From contig NZ_RSDW01000001.1 in assembly GCF_003945235.1 (NCBI RefSeq), positions 4,650,001-4,682,000 of the forward strand: a DNA stretch of 32,000 nucleotides, in the 5' to 3' direction. Shown one piece after another: positions 26,636 through 32,000 of this stretch (positions are counted from its first letter, which is position 1; each line of letters starts with the position of its first letter). The position numbers and the translations under genes were made by a program. The stretch is from Edaphobacter aggregans. Its GTDB lineage: Bacteria; Acidobacteriota; Terriglobia; Terriglobales; Acidobacteriaceae. The notes under the pieces are model-generated. The model did not search any database. It was not told the DNA's origin and saw only the letters and a list, made by a program, of their open reading frames with translations.

Positions 26636-27697
26636 CTACGCAGAACTCTTCCCACGCTTGGTCAATGGCGCAAAGAATTTTAGAAGAGCAAGCTCCATGA
26701 GTTTGAGGAAATTCTCCTCACTAAGTTTATCGATACTTCTCAGATAAAACGCGTTGACCACGATCACGGCGGTCAATGCGAAGCCCGTGATGAGAACAAA
26801 TTGATGAAACTTCAGAAAGCTAAACGCGAACGCACCCAAGCCGAAGATAAGAACTATGAAGAACATGCTCAATATCAGAACTCTTTCCGGTGTCTGAAGG
26901 GCTTGCTCAGCTACTTTTTCGCGTGCCAAAATAAGGGCGGCTCCATTCGACGAACTACCTTCGATCTGATAGGTCAATTTCGCGATCTGATCCATCCTAT
27001 CTGTGATTTCCTGTTGCACCTCCGATACGTATGCTTTCGTCTCTTCAACATCCAGGGTCGTTTTCGCGTCTCCAAGCATGTCCTGAACCTGATAGACAAC
27101 ATAACGCAAATCTTCTTTTAGATTGCCTTCGTGATGGTATAGGGCGCGCATTAAGTTCTCAACGCGATAATAGTCCGCGTTTCCTCTAGCTTCATATAGC
27201 TCAGGTGTGGTGGTATCGGGGTCTGCTGCAGAGGAAATGGTAGATGCATAAGACTCGTCGAAAACCTTACGTGAGTAATCTCTCTGCTTTCCCAACTGAG
27301 GCAAGAATCTTTCGGAAACCGCTTGCAAACGATCACAAATTTGAGCGGCATTTCTAAACCACTCACTGCTAGGAGCATCATTTAATTTACTGATGGCTTC
27401 ATCAATTTCCTTCAAGTTTGGATGCCTAGGCAGCGTACGGACACTTCCCAAAGCTGCAGATAGCCTTTCATACGCCTCCGTACAACACGCTCGAATATCT
27501 CGAACAAAAACGATGAGTTGAGCGCCCAGGACGGGATGTTCTCTCTCAATGCTGGCCAATGAATCCATCCCCTGAATAATCTCGCAAAGATTGCGAAGAT
27601 TCTTGGGTTTAGGAACTCCGGATTCTTCCATCGCCATTATTGACCTCTTTATCGATGGCGCGAGTATATCCGAGCCCAGTCGTTTCCTGTCGCCCAC
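26636..27697 (-). CDS. Orphan protein: ~270-aa soluble helical N-terminal region plus C-terminal 2-TM hairpin and short amphipathic tail
   Basis: 353 aa from a GTG start at 27697; alternative ATG at 27637 (MAMEESG). TM1 is VLILSMFFIVLIFGLGAFAFSFL and TM2 is FVLITGFALTAVIVVNAFYL (encoded at 26744-26881). The tail is RSIDKLSEENFLKLMELALLKFF. No catalytic motif recognised. Confidence 0.7.
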   Translation of the reverse strand: MGDRKRLGSDILAPSIKRSIMAMEESGVPKPKNLRNLCEIIQGMDSLASIEREHPVLGAQLIVFVRDIRACCTEAYERLSAALGSVRTLPRHPNLKEIDEAISKLNDAPSSEWFRNAAQICDRLQAVSERFLPQLGKQRDYSRKVFDESYASTISSAADPDTTTPELYEARGNADYYRVENLMRALYHHEGNLKEDLRYVVYQVQDMLGDAKTTLDVEETKAYVSEVQQEITDRMDQIAKLTYQIEGSSSNGAALILAREKVAEQALQTPERVLILSMFFIVLIFGLGAFAFSFLKFHQFVLITGFALTAVIVVNAFYLRSIDKLSEENFLKLMELALLKFFAPLTKRGKSSA

Positions 27698-27918
27698 CCG
27701 CCATCAAGGAGTCCCGCGAGTCCACAAAGCCCAATTAACTAAGCTCCAGCTACAACTTTAGGTTCAGAAAATGAAAGTTATCTGCTATCGGCCGAGACTT
27801 TGGTCTAAACTGATTCCCACATCAACTAGGCTCGATGCGATCAAAGGATCGACGTAACCGGGCTTATATCCATAACTTAGAGATTCAACCTGCTTCACTG
27901 GACCTTTACTGCCTTTCG

Positions 27919-28275
27919 ATGATGACTGGTAAAAATAGAGCAGACCAACACCTCTCAGAAGCTTCCGAGCTACCACTACACCCTCTGATCCGCGGCAAAT
28001 GGCGGCTGCACATCCTCCTGTGTTTGGCCGACGGTCCGTTACGTCTGAGTGAGTTGCGAAAAGCTCTTCCGGACGCATCGAAGAAGGTCCTGGTTGATAA
28101 CCTTCATGGTCTCGAGCGGCTTGGTGTTATTGAACGGGTTGACTTAAGCACACGTGTAAGGCGGGTCGAATACGCTCTTTCAGAGATGTCCCGCGATAAA
28201 GTACTGCGTTTGCTTTCCGCCCTCCGAGGGCTGCAGACCGATGGCGAGCCTGCCTTGCGCCCGAATAAGAAATAA
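27919..28275 (+). CDS. HxlR-family winged-helix transcriptional regulator
   Basis: LHPLIRGKWRLHILLCLADGPLRLSELRKALPDASKKVLVDNLHGLERLGVIERVDLSTRVRRVEYALSEMS matches the HxlR/DUF24 pattern (GKW...IL..L..GP.RF.EL...LP.IS...L...L..LE..G...R.......VEY.L). Track ORF 27835..28275; the preferred start is MMTGKN at 27919. Confidence 0.8.
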   Translation: MMTGKNRADQHLSEASELPLHPLIRGKWRLHILLCLADGPLRLSELRKALPDASKKVLVDNLHGLERLGVIERVDLSTRVRRVEYALSEMSRDKVLRLLSALRGLQTDGEPALRPNKK

Positions 28276-28288
28276 ATGTGTACATGTA

Positions 28289-28831
28289 TCACTTTTGTAT
28301 CACACTTGCATTTTGTAGCGACGCCACCGCCGCGGCATACATGTCAAGATACCCAATGTTTATAGGGTTTTGTGTGGTGGCCCGGGCAGGAGTCCAACCT
28401 GCGACCTTCGCGTTAGGAGAGCGAAATAACCCCAAAAATTGAGACCTATATCCATAAATAACCGTGCTCAGTTGGCTCCTTAAACTCCCGGCCTCAAGGT
28501 CAACAAGCCACTCCGCGATTTGACCGAATTCCACTTCTGTTTCAATCCGCTCCGCGCCCAAAGCAACGGCGTCCAGCCAGAGAACGAAAGGGGAGTGATA
28601 TGGCTCTCTTAAAGAGAGGTGGGGTCTGTTGGTAGAAGTTAGCTTTGCCAGCCAACCGACCGGCGAGTCATCGAAGTCGACGTCGAAGACGGTCGCGAAG
28701 AACGCCGAGCAGCAGCGGAGAAGGGAACTCGTGCCGGATTCCACAACATCAAAGAGGTTCGCCAGCATCGCAATCGATTGAACGGGGTACCTGACCGGCG
28801 CAGATCTCAGACAGAAGGTCCGAGACACCAC
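28289..28831 (-). CDS. Hypothetical ORF (180 aa); its 3' third reads through the tRNA fragment, so it is possibly truncated/chimeric or non-coding
   Basis: GTG start. The part encoded at 28426-28770 looks protein-like (…FDVDFDDSPVGWLAKL…FVLWLDAVALGAERIETEVEFGQIAEWLVDLEAG…). No family recognised. Confidence 0.3.
   Translation of the reverse strand: MVSRTFCLRSAPVRYPVQSIAMLANLFDVVESGTSSLLRCCSAFFATVFDVDFDDSPVGWLAKLTSTNRPHLSLREPYHSPFVLWLDAVALGAERIETEVEFGQIAEWLVDLEAGSLRSQLSTVIYGYRSQFLGLFRSPNAKVAGWTPARATTQNPINIGYLDMYAAAVASLQNASVIQK
28375..28425 (-). pseudogene. tRNA-Arg(CCU)-like 3' fragment (anticodon arm to CCA); no 5' half present
   Basis: The minus strand reads TTCGCT-CTCCTAA-CGCGAA AGGTC-type variable loop GCAGG-TTGGACT-CCTGC CCGGGCC A CCA. 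The anticodon loop is C-U-CCU-A-A and the T stem and acceptor 3' strand are intact. The T-loop has G where the invariant C56 should be. No matching GGCCCGG 5' acceptor strand or D arm lies upstream. Confidence 0.6.
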
Positions 28832-29093
28832 GCCAAATATCTCTGAAATCCTATATCCAATAATTCTGAAAGCAACAAGCTGGTTGGCCGTGGAGGCGAC
28901 TCGCTGCTTCTGGGAAAACTTGCGCCTTACCGGAACCCGCCATTTAGAGCTGATTCTCTTAGTGAGTCTGGTATTTAACTGGCTTCATTTGGCCCAATAG
29001 AGTCTGCTTCGATGAGATAGTAACCCAATACCTCTGGAAGGTCTGGGTTTCAGACGTATAATGTAAATCTTTCTGAGAGACACCAGATAAGTA

Positions 29094-30518
29094 ATGATCG
29101 CTCAGCTTCTCAATCGCGACCGGATTCTCGATCAGCTCCAGGAAGTCAAGACGCAACTACAGCTGGACGTCGCGGCCAAGCGCGAAGGGGGCGCCCAACC
29201 CGACGCCGCGGATCTGATCGCCGACGACTACCGGGAGGCTCTCGCCGCGCTGGAGCAGACTGAAGTCCGTGAGCGTGCGGAATCCAGTGGACAATCGAGC
29301 TTTCCTCCACAGCCGTCAGATCGCCGCGCGGCCCCGCCCGCGCCTCTCGATGATTTCTCTTTCTTCAGCCGTGACCCGATCGTGAGCAATTTGCAGTCGG
29401 CTCTCGATCAGTACTGGGCCACCAAGGCAGCAAACGCCCCGCCACTCGATGACCGGCGAGGTCTGGTGCCGGGCCGACGGGGTGTCATGGAAGAAGTCGC
29501 GGTCACCGACCAATCGATTCCCGGAGTTTCCCTGACGCGCACGCCTGCCGGGCGGCGCATATTCAACAAATTCTCGATCACGGATCCGCGATGGGTCAGT
29601 TCCGCGTTCGCATCAGGAATCCGGCTGTTTCGCGGAAAGAGAGAGTTCAACTCGACCCCGCCCGATCCTGTTCGGATCGACGACAGAACCCGGCTGGTCA
29701 TCGTCGGCGACTGGGGCACAGGCATTCCGAGAGCGCGGAAAGTCTCCGACCAGATGCGGGTTTGGATTGCGGGGGCCGCGGCGCAGAAGCGGTCGGTTCA
29801 CGTCATCCATCTCGGCGACGTCTACTATTCAGGCTGGCGCTACGAATACATGAAACGCTTCCTTCCTTACTGGCCGGTCGACGCGAACGACGGGGCTGCG
29901 ATCCCATCGTGGTGTCTCATGGGCAATCACGATATGTATTCGGGGGGCTACGCTTTTTACGGCACGCTGCTCTCCGATATGCGATTCGCGAAACAACAGC
30001 GGTGCAGCTACTTCAGCCTCTACAATCAGCACTGGCGCATCCTCGGGTTAGATACGGCGTGGGACGACAATGGACTGAAGGATCCACAAGGCGTCTGGGC
30101 TAAAGACCTCGCATCGAGAGACGACCGAAAGCTGCTTTTGCTGAGCCATCATCAGTTGTTCAGCGCTTATGAGAGCACTGGAACGGTGATCGGAACCAAG
30201 CTTCGACCGGTGCTCGACACAAACCGCGTTCGCGCCTGGTTTTGGGGTCACGAGCATCGGTGCATGCTGTTCGATGATCATCAGAAGGTTGGATTCGCCC
30301 GCTGCATTGGACACGGAGGCGTCCCCGTCTACATGTCGCACAAGCAGAATGACCCATATCCATCCCCGGGCGCTTACGAATACCGCGCCGTGATCGAGAA
30401 GGGTCTGGAAAAATGGGCGCTGTTTGGTTTTGTGGTTATCGATTTCGAGGACTCTCGGCTGCACGTGCGTTATATTGACGAGAACGGTTTTCAATACAAG
30501 GACGAAAAGATCGAATAA
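29094..30518 (+). CDS. Calcineurin-like metallophosphoesterase with ~200-aa N-terminal extension
   Basis: The motif series is LVIVGDWGTG (D.G), HLGDVYYSG (GD..Y), LMGNHDMY (GNHD), LLLSHHQLF (H) and FWGHEHRCM (GHxH). The N-terminal region is helical/Pro-rich and has no signal peptide. Confidence 0.85.
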   Translation: MIAQLLNRDRILDQLQEVKTQLQLDVAAKREGGAQPDAADLIADDYREALAALEQTEVRERAESSGQSSFPPQPSDRRAAPPAPLDDFSFFSRDPIVSNLQSALDQYWATKAANAPPLDDRRGLVPGRRGVMEEVAVTDQSIPGVSLTRTPAGRRIFNKFSITDPRWVSSAFASGIRLFRGKREFNSTPPDPVRIDDRTRLVIVGDWGTGIPRARKVSDQMRVWIAGAAAQKRSVHVIHLGDVYYSGWRYEYMKRFLPYWPVDANDGAAIPSWCLMGNHDMYSGGYAFYGTLLSDMRFAKQQRCSYFSLYNQHWRILGLDTAWDDNGLKDPQGVWAKDLASRDDRKLLLLSHHQLFSAYESTGTVIGTKLRPVLDTNRVRAWFWGHEHRCMLFDDHQKVGFARCIGHGGVPVYMSHKQNDPYPSPGAYEYRAVIEKGLEKWALFGFVVIDFEDSRLHVRYIDENGFQYKDEKIE

Positions 30519-30554
30519 CGTCGCAGGCAAGCGGTTCGTCCGCCAGGGAAAGAC

Positions 30555-32000
30555 ATGAGCACGATCGCCATTTTGAACCCGGAGCAGTCGGCGTGGCTCT
30601 TGCGCGAAGCTATCAGTCGCTTTGAAGAGGGGGACGATTCCGAGGCTGTTCTGCTGTTCCATCAGGCGCTCGAGGCGCACTCTGAATTGTCAGACCGGGC
30701 AGGCCCCTATCTCGACCTCATCGCGCGACGTTCCGATGAGCTTCTTTTTCTTTATGGTGAAAAACTCTGGAATGCCGCGAACTACAAGGCCGCCTGCACC
30801 TGCTTCAACAAGGTAGCAGCTCTGAACGGGAGTCGCCGCGAGGCAGCTCTGAAATATCTGAACCGCGTCGAATGCGTTCCCATCGTCCCTGAGTTCCGCT
30901 CGCCCACTAGCGGGGAAGTTAGCGGATCCGTTCACATTCTTGATTCCGTGCTCGAGACACGGCCTGAAGACCTGATCCGGCGCACGCCGCACATGGACGC
31001 GGATTGCCCCTGGCCCGCGGAAGCGGGCATGAGTTTCCTAGTCAGAATATACGCGGACCAATCCGGGGCGCGCCCGGGCGAGGAATCGTCAGATGTTGAG
31101 ATTCGGGCGCGGGGGGACGTCACCGAATTCCCGGTCGATGTAGAACTGCTTGCAACGGAGCATTTCCGGATTGAAGGCAGCAGCACCACGCAAATCATCA
31201 TTTATCGCGGAAGGCCCATGTCCAACTCAGCCGCGTTTACTGTGACGGTGGTCTCTCCGGATGCGGATTCCAAACCGGGTTTGACCGCGCTTTTCAGTTA
31301 CCGGGGACGCCCATCCGGCAAGGTCACCCGCGACTTCCATACCTATGCGGCCGACGTAAAGCCGCGACGTACGGTGCTAGATTTCGACATTATTGCTCGA
31401 CCATCGGGCCTGACCGTCACAATCGTCGCGCAGCCAGCGAATGATGGCCGTCAATACTGGTGTACCGTACGTACTCCATCACTCCTCGAATACGCCGCGG
31501 GTGTTACCGAGGCATGGAATCTCTCCAAAACCTCGCGCGAATTCGTCGGCGACTGCATGATCGACTTTACGGACCAGACCACGAAGCAGCAGCTCATAGC
31601 GACATTAAAAGGTGCGGGACGCGCGCTCTTCAAGGGTTCACCTGCAATCTTTCAGAAAATCTTTTGGGCCCTCATCGATGCTGGCAAACCTCCCCGAAGT
31701 ATCGCGATCGTCTCCGAAGAACCATTCATTCCATGGGAACTGATGCTGCCGCATCGTCAACTCGGCGGCATGCTCCAGAAGCGAGAGCCACTGGGTGTCG
31801 AGTTCCGAATCGGCCGCTGGATCTCGGAAGCCCTAGCGGCACGTCAGGCCGTTCCGATCACCGGAAGTTACGTCATAGCGCCCATCTATCAGGGGCCGCG
31901 CGCCCTTCCTTTCGCTCAGGATGAATCAAGACTTGTCGTCGAGAAATTTGCTGGAAGTGCAATTATCCCAGCGGACTTTGATCACATCAAAGCCGCATTC
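30555..32000 (+). CDS. TPR-like N-terminus / beta-rich middle / probable start of a CHAT (caspase-like) domain; 482 codons, open to the right window edge
   Basis: Absent from the ORF track because there is no stop in the window. I checked every codon from ATG 30555 to 32000 by hand and found no in-frame stop. Translation: MSTIAILNPEQSAWLLREAISRFEEGDDSEAVLLFHQALEAH...YGEKLWNAANYKAACTCFNKVAALNG... then ...PRSIAIVSEEPFIPWELMLPH...VPITGSYVIAPIYQGPRALPFAQDESRLVVEKFAGSAIIPADFDHIKAAF. The (I/L)PWEL(M/L) element, followed by a run of residues, then LP.A..E...(V/L)...F.G, is how CHAT domains typically begin. The catalytic His/Cys would lie beyond the window. Confidence 0.6.
   Translation, partial: MSTIAILNPEQSAWLLREAISRFEEGDDSEAVLLFHQALEAHSELSDRAGPYLDLIARRSDELLFLYGEKLWNAANYKAACTCFNKVAALNGSRREAALKYLNRVECVPIVPEFRSPTSGEVSGSVHILDSVLETRPEDLIRRTPHMDADCPWPAEAGMSFLVRIYADQSGARPGEESSDVEIRARGDVTEFPVDVELLATEHFRIEGSSTTQIIIYRGRPMSNSAAFTVTVVSPDADSKPGLTALFSYRGRPSGKVTRDFHTYAADVKPRRTVLDFDIIARPSGLTVTIVAQPANDGRQYWCTVRTPSLLEYAAGVTEAWNLSKTSREFVGDCMIDFTDQTTKQQLIATLKGAGRALFKGSPAIFQKIFWALIDAGKPPRSIAIVSEEPFIPWELMLPHRQLGGMLQKREPLGVEFRIGRWISEALAARQAVPITGSYVIAPIYQGPRALPFAQDESRLVVEKFAGSAIIPADFDHIKAAF

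Noticed and set aside
27785-28078. 97-aa minus-strand ORF.
   Set aside because: It is antisense to the well-supported HxlR gene and has no features of its own.
28445-28866. 10-bp direct repeat CCTATATCCA at 28445 and 28850, flanking most of the ORF next to the tRNA fragment.
   Set aside because: Exact 10-mers recur by chance hundreds of times in a 32-kb window, and the flanks diverge immediately. This is not enough to call att or TSD repeats.
28959-29156. 65-aa minus-strand ORF overlapping the 5' end of the metallophosphoesterase gene.
   Set aside because: It overlaps the start of a well-supported gene and its AT-rich promoter-like spacer. No motifs.
1-32000. Searched by eye for CRISPR-like spaced repeats, long tandem repeats, rRNA, tmRNA/SRP signatures, reverse transcriptase or retron/DGR features, and a second copy of the tRNA-Val 3' end.
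   Set aside because: I found none. Absence by visual scan is weak evidence and should be confirmed with CRISPR, Rfam and repeat-finding tools.

Overview
GC-rich bacterial chromosome segment, probably Acidobacteriota: a PadR regulator is translationally coupled to a duplicated orphan MacB/FtsX-type (ADOP) permease, a pairing I recall as typical of that phylum. All family calls come from motif recognition in translations, with no database search. Region 1-15.2 kb looks like ordinary core: a czcCBA-like TolC/adaptor/HME-RND efflux operon (the RND gene runs off the left edge and is missing from the ORF track), HU/IHF, SppA, a GT2 glycosyltransferase, proline dehydrogenase, PadR-ADOP, a TlpA-like thiol:disulfide oxidoreductase, and an ECF sigma / zf-HC2 anti-sigma / DUF3106-like module. 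tRNA-Val(CAC) at 15250-15324 is followed directly by a tyrosine integrase and an excisionase-like HTH gene. The next 14 kb or more is more AT-rich by eye and consists of orphan cargo, so I read it as a tRNA-anchored integrative island. Its cargo is two divergent ~1000-aa exported proteins (one Sec-type, one Tat-type signal), a decayed IS481-like transposase, a polytopic membrane protein, an HxlR regulator divergent from a 353-aa protein ending in a 2-TM hairpin, and a 51-nt tRNA-Arg(CCU)-like 3' fragment. The window ends with a tightly linked pair: a calcineurin-like metallophosphoesterase, then an ORF open to the right edge (also missing from the ORF track) whose visible part looks like TPR plus the entry into a CHAT/caspase-like domain. 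I found no CRISPR array, rRNA or reverse transcriptase, and no classical defence ATPase or nuclease. The best novelty candidates are the phosphoesterase/CHAT-like pair, the giant exported protein pair and the HxlR/2-TM module. None can be assigned a function from sequence alone.
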